Counted from the stretch's first letter, positions 1 through 11,782 are shown. The stretch is 64,000 nt of DNA from an uncultured Rhodothermaceae bacterium (GCA_964525535.1 CAZGHT010000004.1:23902-87901); one strand, 5' to 3'. Notes: generated by a model from the sequence alone, not told the origin. Numbers and translations are program-made.

Positions 1-28
1 TCGGTGAACCGATGGATGGCCTTGCGCG

Positions 29-403
29 TCAGGGCCCGTCCCCGGTCGTCTCTGTGAGCCGGGGTGGAGGCGCGTCGTAAACCACTCGATGCTCGAGCCC
101 GAGTACATGCACCTTGTAGCCGGGTAAGGTCCACAGGCCCCTGTCTGCGTCAAAGCGACCTCCGTGTTGTTCGATCGCCTGAAGCAGGTCGGCATCCTCT
201 TCTTCCAGGAACAGGCTGAGGTATTCCACGGGGGCATGTTTGGGCGTCCAGGGGCATTCGTCCACAATGAGCTCAACCGTTTTCAGGCGTTTATACATTT
301 GAGCGTCGTACCGGTATCTCACGAACAACAATCGACTCCCATATTTCCGAGTGAGCCCTTTTGTGCCTCGTGCTCCAGGGCGCAGGGTGACCAGGTTTGG
401 CAT
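29..403 (-). CDS. hypothetical protein
   Basis: Minus-strand ORF 29..487. I prefer the internal ATG at 403 (MPNLVTLRPGARGTKGL...) because the first 28 codons are Cys/Phe/Leu-rich and look non-native. Basic motif LFVRYRYD...KTVELIVDE. No family recognised. Confidence 0.4.
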   Translation of the reverse strand: MPNLVTLRPGARGTKGLTRKYGSRLLFVRYRYDAQMYKRLKTVELIVDECPWTPKHAPVEYLSLFLEEEDADLLQAIEQHGGRFDADRGLWTLPGYKVHVLGLEHRVVYDAPPPRLTETTGDGP

Positions 404-655
404 TCTCTTTTTCTCTAATAGACGCCCTCGGAGCGGCATACATACCCTGTGCGTGAGGAAAAGGAACACACAGGGGGGTAGGGGCATGCGCCAAAGCCGG
501 CTCAGAGAACACTCGGAGGCGCTGTGCGTTACATTTCAGGCATGTTACTAAAAGGTGAAAGAGTCAACTCCGCTACGGCTTTGTTCAGCAGAATGCGCAT
601 CACGAATAACCTCCTGCGAAGCTTCCACCTCGTGCCTGTACAGACGTCGTTTTAA

Positions 656-2623
<1,968 letters not shown>

Positions 2624-2711
2624 TAAGGTGCTCGTTACGTTGAGAACAGCTCGTTCTCTCGCCTGAGATGTTCCAGGGACAACATCCAGGCTTTAACATC
2701 AGATTGTGTTT

Positions 2712-3674
2712 ATGCAGCCCCACCTGAGTGTTGTCATACCTGTATTAGACGAGGAAGAGTCGTTGCCGGAGCTGGTCACCCTGATCAGGCAGGTGTGTGA
2801 GTCGGAAGGATACTCGTTTGAAGCCTGGTTGATCGACGACGGATCGACGGATGGGTCGTGGTCTGTCATACAGCGGGTGCATCAGGAGGACGCACGGTTC
2901 GCCGGCATACGATTTCGCCGCAACTATGGGAAGTCGGCGGCCCTCGCGGTCGGTTTCGAGCGCGCACGCGGGCGTTACGTGGTTACCATCGATGCCGACC
3001 TGCAGGACGACCCGCACGAGATTCCGGCTATGATCGAGATGTTGTCTGCTCAGGGCTATGACCTGGTGAGCGGCTGGAAGAAGAAGCGCAACGACCCGAT
3101 CAGCAAGACCATACCGAGCCGCGTCATCAACACGGTCACCCGCAGGCTGACGGGCATCCCCCTGCACGACATCAACTGCGGCTTAAAGGCCTACCGGAAA
3201 GAAGTGGTGAAAAGCGTCAGGGTGTACGGGGAACTGCACCGGTACATCCCGTTGCTGGCTAAATGGGAGGGGTTTCATCGTATCTCGGAAAAACCCGTCC
3301 GCCACCATGCACGCAAGTACGGGCGAACCAAGTTTGGTTTCGAACGGTTCATCCGAGGGTTTCTGGACTTGATTTCCGTGTTGTTCATGACGCGTTTTGC
3401 CGCCCGCCCCATGCATTTCTTCGGGACGATCGGCTCGGTCTTTTTTCTGGGCGGATTTGTCATCAGCCTGTGGATATCGGTAGATAAAGTGTTTTTCGAT
3501 AATCCCATAGGGGACCGCCCGTTGTTGTTGTTCGGGGTGATGCTGATCGTGCTGGGGTTTCAAATGTTCACGACGGGTCTGCTGGGAGAAATGATTATTC
3601 GGCCGCGCATGGAAGAAACGACAACGTACCAGGTGGTCGAGATGATGGTGCCGCGGGTTCGCGAAGAAGTATAG
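2712..3674 (+). CDS. family 2 glycosyltransferase, polyprenyl-phosphate glycosyltransferase-like (GtrB/ArnC/DPM1 type)
   Basis: GT-A motifs LSVVIPVLDEEESL, DDGSTDGS and DADLQDDP (DxD). Two C-terminal hydrophobic helices. ATG at 2712 preferred to GTG at 2706. Confidence 0.85.
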   Translation: MQPHLSVVIPVLDEEESLPELVTLIRQVCESEGYSFEAWLIDDGSTDGSWSVIQRVHQEDARFAGIRFRRNYGKSAALAVGFERARGRYVVTIDADLQDDPHEIPAMIEMLSAQGYDLVSGWKKKRNDPISKTIPSRVINTVTRRLTGIPLHDINCGLKAYRKEVVKSVRVYGELHRYIPLLAKWEGFHRISEKPVRHHARKYGRTKFGFERFIRGFLDLISVLFMTRFAARPMHFFGTIGSVFFLGGFVISLWISVDKVFFDNPIGDRPLLLFGVMLIVLGFQMFTTGLLGEMIIRPRMEETTTYQVVEMMVPRVREEV

Positions 3675-3679
3675 ATGGC

Positions 3680-4819
3680 ATGAGCGAAGGTCGGCAAAAA
3701 CGAATCGTTCTTGTAGGGCCAGCATACCCCTATCGTGGAGGCATCGCCCATTTCCTGGAAGGTACGTACAACGAGCTGGCCAGGCGGGGGCACGCGGTTT
3801 CGGTGGTGTCCTTCACGCGTCAATACCCCTCCATGTTATTCCCGGGAAAGACCCAGAAGGAATTCAGGAGTGAGGCATCGAATATGAACGTCGTAGAGCT
3901 CATCGACTCCATCAATCCGATGACCTGGGTACGAGCAGCCCGGTTCATTCGCCGGGAGGACCCGGATGCTGTGATTTTTAAGTACTGGTTGCCGTTTTTT
4001 GCTCCGTCGCTGGGGCTGATGGCCCGCCTCGTCAAATCGAGAGGGACTCGGATACTGGGAATCGTTCACAACGCGCTTCCTCACGAACAAAGGCCGGGCG
4101 ATCGAGGGCTGAGCCGGTTCTTCCTGAACGCGTGCGAGGGCTTCGTGGTCATGTCGGAACAGGTCGAACGAGACATCGAGGGCCTCGGGTTGAAGAACGA
4201 TATCGTACGAACCGGGCATCCGGTGTACGATCATTTCAGTGCTCCGATAGGGCGCAACGAAGCCCGGCATCGATTGGGCTTCGCGAACGAAGCCCGGATA
4301 TTGCTTTTTTTCGGGTTTATTCGCCCTTACAAAGGTTTGCACGTATTACTCGAAAGTATGGCTGCCGTAAGGGAGCGGCTGCCCGGTGTGCAGTTGATCG
4401 TAGCGGGCGAATGTTACGAAAAGATGGCCAGATACCAGGAGATCATACAGCGCCATCGGCTGGCCGAACACATACAGCTTCACACAGACTACATACCCAA
4501 CGAAGACGTGAACGTGTATTTTGAGGCGGCGGACCTGGTCGTGCAGCCCTATCTTTCGGCCACGCAGAGCGGCGTCGCTCAGATCGCGTTCCACTTTGAG
4601 CGGCCTCTGGTCGTCACCGATGTAGGCGGTTTGGCCGAGACCGTCCCTGACGGCGTCGCCGGCCTGGTCGTCCCACCCGACGATCCGGACGCGATCGCCG
4701 ACGCGATCGTCCGCTTCTTTGAAGAAAACCTGAGCGAGAAGCTCACACGCGGCGTAAGAGCCGAGAAGAGAAAATACAGCTGGGAACGGTTGGCCGAGGC
4801 GGTCGAATCTTTAATGTAA
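3680..4819 (+). CDS. family 1/4 (GT-B) glycosyltransferase
   Basis: 379-aa ORF starting 6 nt after the GT2 stop. The C-terminal half has the typical GT4 region (FEAADLVVQPY...SGVAQIAFHFERPLVVTDVGGLAETV). Confidence 0.85.
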   Translation: MSEGRQKRIVLVGPAYPYRGGIAHFLEGTYNELARRGHAVSVVSFTRQYPSMLFPGKTQKEFRSEASNMNVVELIDSINPMTWVRAARFIRREDPDAVIFKYWLPFFAPSLGLMARLVKSRGTRILGIVHNALPHEQRPGDRGLSRFFLNACEGFVVMSEQVERDIEGLGLKNDIVRTGHPVYDHFSAPIGRNEARHRLGFANEARILLFFGFIRPYKGLHVLLESMAAVRERLPGVQLIVAGECYEKMARYQEIIQRHRLAEHIQLHTDYIPNEDVNVYFEAADLVVQPYLSATQSGVAQIAFHFERPLVVTDVGGLAETVPDGVAGLVVPPDDPDAIADAIVRFFEENLSEKLTRGVRAEKRKYSWERLAEAVESLM

Positions 4820-4842
4820 GCGGGTGAGTGAAGCTATTTGTT

Positions 4843-5667
4843 ATGGAATACGATCCGATAAAAGATTTCATAGGCCGGCTTTTCAAAGCCACTCCATGGA
4901 CACACCGGCTTTTCTTTCACATGCTCGATCTCTTTTTCTTGCGTGCCTGGCATGTCAAGAAAGAACTGAGGGCGCTGTTTCGGCAGTTCGATCGCAATAA
5001 AACCGTCCGTGTTTTAGACGCCGGGACCGGTTTTGGACAGTACGCCTATTACATTTGCCGGACGTTTCCCAATGCTCAGGTGCTCGCAGTGGATGTGAAG
5101 AGCGATTACCTCGACACTGCACGCACGTTTTTTGCCAGGACGGGGTTGGAGGGGTGCGCCACATTTGCCTATGAAGATCTCACCGAATTGAAGACAGCCG
5201 GCCCTTTCGACCTGATCTTGTCGGTGGACGTCATGGAGCACATCGAAGAAGATCGAAAAGTGTTCGACAACTTTTTCGAGGTATTACACGAGGGCGGGTA
5301 CGTGTTGATCAATACGCCTTCGGACCTGGGGGGCTCTGACGTCCACGATGCATCAGAAGAAGGGTTTATCGGCGAACACGTGCGCGACGGCTACAATATG
5401 GAAGAATTGAAGGGTAAACTGGCTGCCAGCGGGCTTTCCACGGTCCAGGCCAGATACACCTATGGCAAATACGGATCGCTGGCGTGGCGCTTCCTCATCA
5501 AGTATCCGATATCCCTGCTTTCTTTTAACAAAATCTTTGTCATCCTGTTGCCCCTGTATTATATCCCCGTGGTGCCGATCGGAATGCTCCTCAATGCGCT
5601 CGACGTTCGCTCCAGGAACGCTCGGGGCACCGGCCTCATCGTGGTAGCCTCGAAGGACAGGGCATGA
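4843..5667 (+). CDS. class I SAM-dependent methyltransferase with C-terminal membrane segment
   Basis: Motif I VLDAGTGFGQYA and post-I/II motifs (VLAVDV, LILSVDVMEHI). Hydrophobic tail (ILLPLYYIPVVPIGMLL). Start is ambiguous (GTG 4828 or ATG 4843). Confidence 0.75.
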   Translation: MEYDPIKDFIGRLFKATPWTHRLFFHMLDLFFLRAWHVKKELRALFRQFDRNKTVRVLDAGTGFGQYAYYICRTFPNAQVLAVDVKSDYLDTARTFFARTGLEGCATFAYEDLTELKTAGPFDLILSVDVMEHIEEDRKVFDNFFEVLHEGGYVLINTPSDLGGSDVHDASEEGFIGEHVRDGYNMEELKGKLAASGLSTVQARYTYGKYGSLAWRFLIKYPISLLSFNKIFVILLPLYYIPVVPIGMLLNALDVRSRNARGTGLIVVASKDRA

Positions 5668-5825
5668 ACGTCGCATATTGCGACCCTGGTTTCACTCGAC
5701 ATTCTACCGTCTCTCTTCGTATCTTAGTAGGGCATCTCTCGAATGCCCACACGTTCTTAGCTGGTCCTCTCTCGTACGACGCTTAGCAAGATGGGCCGAT
5801 CATCGATCTATTACACAACACTATC

Positions 5826-7505
5826 GTGCAAACCAAGTACATCTTTGTTACAGGCGGTGTTACATCCTCTTTAGGTAAAGGGATTTTTTCTGCTTCGCTG
5901 GGTAGGCTGCTGGAGGCCCATGGTCAACGCGTCACCATCCAGAAATTCGACCCCTACATTAATGTCGATCCCGGCACCATGAACCCGTACGAACACGGCG
6001 AGGTCTATGTCACAGACGACGGGGCCGAGACCGATCTCGATCTGGGGCACTACGAGCGATTCCTCGGCGTTCCGACGAGCCAGGCCAATAACATCACGAC
6101 GGGCCGGGTTTATCTGAATGTAATCACCAAAGAGCGAGAGGGCGCGTACCTCGGTCGTACCGTCCAGGTAGTGCCGCACATTACGGACGAGATTAAGGAT
6201 TGGATGGTGAATTTAGGCTCCACCGGGGAGTACGACGTCGTGATCACCGAAATTGGCGGGACGGTCGGCGACATCGAAAGTCAACCCTACCTGGAAGCGA
6301 TACGGCAACTCCGGTACGATCTGGGCATCAAGAATACCTTGATCGCCCATCTGACGTTAGTGCCCTTCCTCAAGGCGGCTGGAGAACTCAAGACGAAGCC
6401 GACGCAGCATTCGGTGAAGACGTTGTTGGCGCACGGTGTTCAGCCGGACTTACTGCTGTGCAGGGCGGAGCATGCTCTCGATCTCGATCTGAGGAAGAAA
6501 ATTGCACGATTCTGCAATGTCGAGCCCCGGGCGGTTATCGCGGCGTTAGATGCTGAGACCATTTACGAAGTCCCGCTTTTGTTGAAGGAGCAGGCATTGG
6601 ACGATCTCGTCATGGAGCGATTGTCGATCGAAGTCAGGGGCGGCAGCCTGGAACATAGCCTGGATCGATGGAAGGAGTTCGTCCGCCGGCTGAAGTCGCT
6701 CCAGGAGACGGTCAAGATCGCTCTGGTTGGGAAGTACGTGGAGCATCAGGATGCCTACAAATCCATTACCGAGAGTTTTGTGCTTGCCGGCGTGGCCAAC
6801 AACGTCGCCGTGGAGGTTAAATATATCCTTTCGGACGATCTCACCGAAGGCAATGTAGACCGGGAATTGTCCGACATTGCAGGCATTCTCGTCGCTCCCG
6901 GGTTCGGGGAACGAGGCATAGAAGGCAAACTGGCTGCCGTGAAGTACGCGCGCGTTCACGATGTGCCCTTTCTCGGCATCTGCCTTGGATTGCAGTGCGC
7001 GATCATAGAGTTTGCGAGAAACGTATGCGGGCTTTCCACGGCCCATTCTACCGAGTTCAACGCCGAAACCCCGTACCCGGTAATTGACATCATGGAGGAA
7101 CAGAAGAAGGTTGTTGTCAAGGGGGGGACGATGCGTCTCGGGGCTTACGATTGCACGCTACAGGGAGGGTCACAGGCCCAGCTGATCTACGGGTGCGAAG
7201 AGATCAGCGAGCGGCATCGGCATCGGTATGAGGTCAATAACAAATTCAAAGAGCAACTCGAAAAGGGGGGCATGCGATTCACCGGAACGAATCAGTCGAG
7301 CAACCTCGTGGAGATCGTCGAGCTGCCGGAGAAGAAGTGGTTCATCGGCGTCCAGTTCCACCCGGAATACCGAACGATCGTGGGTAAACCTCATCCCCTG
7401 TTCGAGTCGTTCATCGGTGCGGCGCAGGCGTACGCTGAGGACAAAGACCCGCTGTCTGCACAGGGCGCGTCGCCGAAAAATCAACTGGAGACGATGACGT
7501 CCTGA
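5826..7505 (+). CDS. pyrG: CTP synthase
   Basis: N-terminal YIFVTGGVTSSLGKG and GTVGDIES. Glutamine amidotransferase domain with GICLGLQ and HRHRYEVN. GTG start is the only in-frame start near the conserved N-terminus. Confidence 0.97.
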   Translation: MQTKYIFVTGGVTSSLGKGIFSASLGRLLEAHGQRVTIQKFDPYINVDPGTMNPYEHGEVYVTDDGAETDLDLGHYERFLGVPTSQANNITTGRVYLNVITKEREGAYLGRTVQVVPHITDEIKDWMVNLGSTGEYDVVITEIGGTVGDIESQPYLEAIRQLRYDLGIKNTLIAHLTLVPFLKAAGELKTKPTQHSVKTLLAHGVQPDLLLCRAEHALDLDLRKKIARFCNVEPRAVIAALDAETIYEVPLLLKEQALDDLVMERLSIEVRGGSLEHSLDRWKEFVRRLKSLQETVKIALVGKYVEHQDAYKSITESFVLAGVANNVAVEVKYILSDDLTEGNVDRELSDIAGILVAPGFGERGIEGKLAAVKYARVHDVPFLGICLGLQCAIIEFARNVCGLSTAHSTEFNAETPYPVIDIMEEQKKVVVKGGTMRLGAYDCTLQGGSQAQLIYGCEEISERHRHRYEVNNKFKEQLEKGGMRFTGTNQSSNLVEIVELPEKKWFIGVQFHPEYRTIVGKPHPLFESFIGAAQAYAEDKDPLSAQGASPKNQLETMTS

Positions 7506-7524
7506 AGAACCATACGGGGTGGGG

Positions 7525-8232
7525 CTACTGATTGAGGACAGGAGCCCAACCGAAGATCTCGTTCGTATCGATGTGGAGGGTATTAGCGCCTTCGGTTTCT
7601 GCCTGCTGGATCATGTCGGCCGTACCGCCCAGTTCGTGTCCGACTTCGCCGTTCCACAACGAAATCAGCGTCATGCGGTGTCCGCCGTAGGCCAGCGCGT
7701 TGTCCAACATCCAGCTATTATTCCGTTGCCAGATCGTATGCGATGGGTCGTCACTAAAAGGGACGTGCGAAGGGGAGTCCTGCGTGAGTACACGACCGTC
7801 GTTGTTCAGCGTCCGATACAAGAGGTCGAAGCGACGCACCCAATCTTCGCCGGCGAAGGCTACGGAAGTGGCCACGAACTGGTCGCGCGGGAAAAGCAAG
7901 AACATGTATCCGCGAATGCCGAAATCCAGGCAGGCTTCATGGAACAGGATGTCCCCGCCGCAGGCGCCTCCGGCTATACCTATAATGGGGAGGTCGCTGT
8001 GGCCATTCGAGTGGAGGCGGTGCATGTTATACAACTCGGCGTGGACCGCTGCACGAATGGCATCCCTGGCCGCCGGTTCTTTGTCGGGGGGGAATCGAGG
8101 CGGCGTCCGGTCCTCCTGGTCGATCATGTGGCCAGTGAAGAGCAACACGCGAAACGCGGAGGGAATTTCGCCGAGGGATGGAAGCACCGTGTGCGTTCCT
8201 GCAGTAAATCCGTTACGGACGATAGAGACCAT
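7525..8232 (-). CDS. stand-alone SLOG-like (LOG/DprA/YpsA-type Rossmann) protein, function unknown
   Basis: ORF 7525..8364 minus; ATG at 8232 preferred. Strand-helix pattern RVLLFTGH ... IIGIAGGACGGDILFHEACL (GGACGGD encoded at 7951..7971) ... LISLWNGE..GGTADMI resembles the glycine-rich nucleotide-binding motifs of the SLOG superfamily. Assignment is by motif only. Confidence 0.5.
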   Translation of the reverse strand: MVSIVRNGFTAGTHTVLPSLGEIPSAFRVLLFTGHMIDQEDRTPPRFPPDKEPAARDAIRAAVHAELYNMHRLHSNGHSDLPIIGIAGGACGGDILFHEACLDFGIRGYMFLLFPRDQFVATSVAFAGEDWVRRFDLLYRTLNNDGRVLTQDSPSHVPFSDDPSHTIWQRNNSWMLDNALAYGGHRMTLISLWNGEVGHELGGTADMIQQAETEGANTLHIDTNEIFGWAPVLNQ

Positions 8233-8488
8233 GTGATATCGAGGATGGAGGAATGTCGTGGGAATTCGGATCCCGATAAAATGCGCATTCGAAGGGGCGC
8301 GTCCCTTTACTACGCCGGCACCCCGGTCAAGGCGCAGGAGGCGGGTGGACCTCATGGAGCGCACTGGAACGCGGTTGCCGCGATACGAAAGCCGTTACCC
8401 GGATAGTATCGAGGAAACTCAAGATACCATAAGTGTTCGAGAGATACTAATCTTGTCTGAATCTACGGGGGGCGGATTCGGGCGAGAC

Positions 8489-10978
8489 TCAGTCTCGAGG
8501 ATTCAGGATATCATCGATTCGGGCGGCAACGTCGAGCAGGTGAAGGCGAGTCATAGTATCGGACACGCCGCGGTTGAGGGCCGTATCGATGGACTGGTTC
8601 AACGTATCCAGCTCCCCTCGTACGTAGGCCCGGATGTCAGACTGACTGACGTCGACATCGACGTATCCAAAATCCGCGAAGAAGGACGGCGGATCGGGCG
8701 CTTCCTCGGTCATGAGGAACTCCAGGCGTTCGAGGTAGCCTCGCTGCAGGTTTCTACGGAACGGGTCGATCGAGGTCCTGTCGGCCAGTTCGGTCCATAT
8801 GCCGGCTCTCAGGTCGGCAAACAGCTCGTGACAGGTATAGGTATCGTCGACCATGATTTCAGCTTCCATCATGCGGGCGAGACGTTGAGGGTCGAGAATG
8901 AGGTCGACAGCGCCGACCTGGTAGTTTCTGAGACGATCCATGGCACCCGCTCCTTCGATCCGGCGCAGTACGGCCGTGTCGAGTAGCCAGTCAGGGGTCT
9001 GGAAGACGTGTTCGCTGAGCCATTGCATGGATTCTCGCTGTCGGGCTTCGGGCACCATCTCATAGACGAGGCCATCCTGGTCGGCCGTTTTGAACGTCTC
9101 GTACCACCCGCCGACATTGCGCCCCACGTGCCCGATGTATCGATTCCACTGGGTGGTGAGCTGGCCGTACAACTCCTCGAGGTCATCGTAGTTTTCGGCG
9201 TCCTCCGTGCTCCATTCGACCAGGTTATCGAGAATAATCTTCAAGTTCTCGATGCCGTAAGTGCTTGCGCGTGCAGCATCGTTGCCGAGGTCTTCATTCT
9301 GAGAACGGGGATCGAACCGGGGCCCCTGGCGCCCATAGAAGTACAGGGGATTGCCGGCTCGTTCGACGACCCACTGGTTGAGGATCTCGCGTTCTTCGGC
9401 GGGGGAGGCGGCTTCGGGTATCGGCGAATACCCCCACTGAGTAACCCATTTGTCGTAGATGCCGATGTCCGGCATCAGGTTCGTGACACCGTCGCCGGGC
9501 TGGGCGACATAGTTGAAGCGGGCATAGTCCATGATAGAGGGGGCCGTCCCCATCTGGTCGGTGAAGGTCGGGGAACGCAGCGAATCAACCGGGTATGCAA
9601 AGCTGGATCCCCAGTTGTGCGGGTAGCCGAGAGTATGGCCTACCTCATGGGCCGAGACAAATCGGATGAGCCGGCCCATAACCTCCTCTTTGAAGGTCGT
9701 CTCTCTGGCGTCTGGATTGATGGCGGCGGTCTGGATGAAGAACCAGTTACGCAGCAAGTTCATCACGTTGTGATACCAGCCGATGTCGCTTTCGAGTATT
9801 TCACCCGTTCGGGGGTCGTGGACGTGGGGGCCGAACGCGTTTTGGATAGGCGAGGCAAAATAACGGATGACGGAATAACGAACGTCTTCAGGGCTGAACT
9901 CGGGGTCTTCTTCCGGGGATGGCGGATCTTTGGCCAGAATCGCATTTTTGAATCCGGCTTCTTCGAAGGCGCGATTCCAATCCTCGACGCCCTGTTTGAT
10001 GTAGGGGCGCCACTGTTCGGGCGTGGCAGGGTCGATATAGTACACAATCGGCTTCACCGGTTCGACGAGTTCGCCACGCGCCATCGCTTCGGGATCATTG
10101 GGTTCGAGGCGCCACCTCGTGATAAAACACTGCTCTTCAGCTTTCTGGGCGTCCCGGCCATAATCCGTCAGGCGCACGCTGAAGAAGCCGACCCGCTCGT
10201 CGCACAGCCTGGGCCGCATAGGATCTTCAGGTAACAGAATCATGGACTGATTCATCTCCAGCGAAATAGTGCCCGTCGAGCCATTCGAAGGCGGTTCGGT
10301 GGCCTCGTAGGTGAGGACGTGTTTGACTTCGATATTCCGTGGGTAACTTTTTGCCGAGGAAATGTACGTCCTGGACGGGTCCAATCGTCGAACTTTGTAC
10401 TGCTCTCTTCTCGATTTCTGTAGACCCAGAGAAGGTATGTCCTCCAGGTATAGATCAGACACGTCGATCACCACACCTGATGAATCCTCATTAAGCGCCT
10501 CGATCTCGAACGATTTGATGATAGGTTCGAAGTTAGAATTGCGGACGGCCTGGTAGATAGGCAAGCCCTCGTCCGCGATGTTTTCGTAGCTTACTCGACG
10601 AAGCAGTAACTTGTCATCGAGCCGCTGCCAGCGAACGACCTGTGTGTTCGCTTTCATACCGCCGTACCCGATATTGTGAGCCGTGCTCGCGATGCGGGTC
10701 ACCAGGAGCATTTCCATCTCCAGCATATCGTTGGGGACTTCGTACAACAGTTTCTGGTTTTGCTGGTGTAGATAAAAAAGTCCTTCGTCGGATTGCATGC
10801 CGGAAGTAACGACTTCGTCGTACGGTTTGATTTCTTCCGTATCGTCGTCTCCGCTCTGTCCTGTGTTCGATGAGGGATCGCCAGCGTTGTTGGTGGTTCC
10901 GGGCTGGGTTGCCTTGCAGCCCAGGAGAAATACCAGGCAGATCAAAAGGCTATTCGCGAGGTAGGTGTACATACGCAT
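8489..10978 (-). CDS. secreted/lipoprotein zinc-dependent metalloprotease (DUF5117/DUF4953 type)
   Basis: 829 aa. Signal peptide with lipobox-like LLGC. Zinc site HEVGHTLGYPHNW. Overall layout matches the large 'zinc-dependent metalloprotease' family common in Bacteroidota. Confidence 0.9.
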   Translation of the reverse strand: MRMYTYLANSLLICLVFLLGCKATQPGTTNNAGDPSSNTGQSGDDDTEEIKPYDEVVTSGMQSDEGLFYLHQQNQKLLYEVPNDMLEMEMLLVTRIASTAHNIGYGGMKANTQVVRWQRLDDKLLLRRVSYENIADEGLPIYQAVRNSNFEPIIKSFEIEALNEDSSGVVIDVSDLYLEDIPSLGLQKSRREQYKVRRLDPSRTYISSAKSYPRNIEVKHVLTYEATEPPSNGSTGTISLEMNQSMILLPEDPMRPRLCDERVGFFSVRLTDYGRDAQKAEEQCFITRWRLEPNDPEAMARGELVEPVKPIVYYIDPATPEQWRPYIKQGVEDWNRAFEEAGFKNAILAKDPPSPEEDPEFSPEDVRYSVIRYFASPIQNAFGPHVHDPRTGEILESDIGWYHNVMNLLRNWFFIQTAAINPDARETTFKEEVMGRLIRFVSAHEVGHTLGYPHNWGSSFAYPVDSLRSPTFTDQMGTAPSIMDYARFNYVAQPGDGVTNLMPDIGIYDKWVTQWGYSPIPEAASPAEEREILNQWVVERAGNPLYFYGRQGPRFDPRSQNEDLGNDAARASTYGIENLKIILDNLVEWSTEDAENYDDLEELYGQLTTQWNRYIGHVGRNVGGWYETFKTADQDGLVYEMVPEARQRESMQWLSEHVFQTPDWLLDTAVLRRIEGAGAMDRLRNYQVGAVDLILDPQRLARMMEAEIMVDDTYTCHELFADLRAGIWTELADRTSIDPFRRNLQRGYLERLEFLMTEEAPDPPSFFADFGYVDVDVSQSDIRAYVRGELDTLNQSIDTALNRGVSDTMTRLHLLDVAARIDDILNPRD

Positions 10979-11059
10979 TAAGGAATGTTGTACAGAGTCC
11001 AGTAGGAAAATCGTCTTTTCTTTGTTCAGGCTGCGTGAGCGGCTGCCCTGGTTTTAAGT

Positions 11060-11095
11060 GATGTTACGCAGGTTGTGCACCGTTCGCGTAACATC
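11060..11095. repeat. 36-bp mini-copy of the GATGTTACGC-terminated palindromic element family
   Basis: GATGTTACGCAGGTTGTGCACCGTTCGCGTAACATC. It has 10-bp perfect terminal inverted repeats and only the two arm stubs, with no central module. Lies in the divergent promoter region between 10978(-) and 11261(+). Confidence 0.75.
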
Positions 11096-11260
11096 CATTA
11101 TAAAGATAAAGCTACGTGAATACCGGTCATTTGACAAGTCCAAACCCCGTACATGGGTACGTAAAAGCGGCGGGCTTTGACCGTAACCATTTTCCGCCGT
11201 ATTATTTGGGAGTATGGACCCGATGTGTTCTCTACCCCCCTCCCAAGAATCTGTAGTCCC

Positions 11261-11734
11261 ATGAATAAAATCGTACTCATCCTTGTCGGAATCGTAGTTC
11301 TGGTGCTCGCTGGTATCCAGTTCGTTCCCGTAGAGAGGACAAACCCCCCCATCGTCGATGAAGTAGAATGGAACAGCGAGGAGACGAGGGATCTGGCCAA
11401 GAAAGCCTGTTTCGACTGTCACAGTAACGAAACCATATGGCCCTGGTACGCTTACGTAGCCCCGCTGTCTTTCCGCATTGCACACCATGTGAGCCATGGA
11501 CGAGAACATCTGAACTTTTCGGATTGGACGCAGCCGAACGAAGATTTCGACGAGATCAAGGAAGTGATCGACGAGGGCGAAATGCCTTTGTGGGATTATG
11601 TGCTCATGCATTCCGATGCCGAGCTGACGCCGGAGGAAACGAAGGCGTTATTGGCGGGGTTTTACGAAACTTACCGGGCGGATCCTCCCGTGGAACGCGG
11701 CCAGCGTGCTCCTGACGCCGCCTCCGACGAGTAG
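11261..11734 (+). CDS. heme-binding domain (Haem_bd-like) membrane-anchored protein
   Basis: ATG at 11261 gives an N-terminal TM helix (IVLILVGIVVLVLAGI), then FVPVERTNPP...CFDCHSNET..WPWY...HLNFSDW...EMPLWDY, as in the PF14376-type heme-binding domain. Confidence 0.75.
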   Translation: MNKIVLILVGIVVLVLAGIQFVPVERTNPPIVDEVEWNSEETRDLAKKACFDCHSNETIWPWYAYVAPLSFRIAHHVSHGREHLNFSDWTQPNEDFDEIKEVIDEGEMPLWDYVLMHSDAELTPEETKALLAGFYETYRADPPVERGQRAPDAASDE

Positions 11735-11782
11735 CAGGCGCCTTTTTCACCCTTATCTCCTAGCCCTAAAAATATTGTGACC

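Noticed and set aside
2662-2690. CCTGAGATGTT-N8-AACATCCAGG hairpin after gyrB whose stem ends in the same GATGTT/AACATC hexamers as the repeat family
   Set aside because: Only the outer 6 nt match and the ACGC part of the terminus is missing. It may be a simple terminator-like hairpin or a very old relic, and is too short to assign.
7519-8406. 295-codon plus-strand ORF opposite the SLOG-like gene
   Set aside because: The translation is Arg/Val/Gly-rich and low-complexity with no recognisable motifs. The minus-strand frame carries coherent Rossmann-like motifs. This is a typical antisense shadow ORF in moderately GC-rich DNA.
9008-10234. 408-codon plus-strand ORF inside the DUF4953 protease gene
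   Set aside because: It lies antisense to a gene with a clear HExxH active site and signal peptide, and has no motifs of its own.
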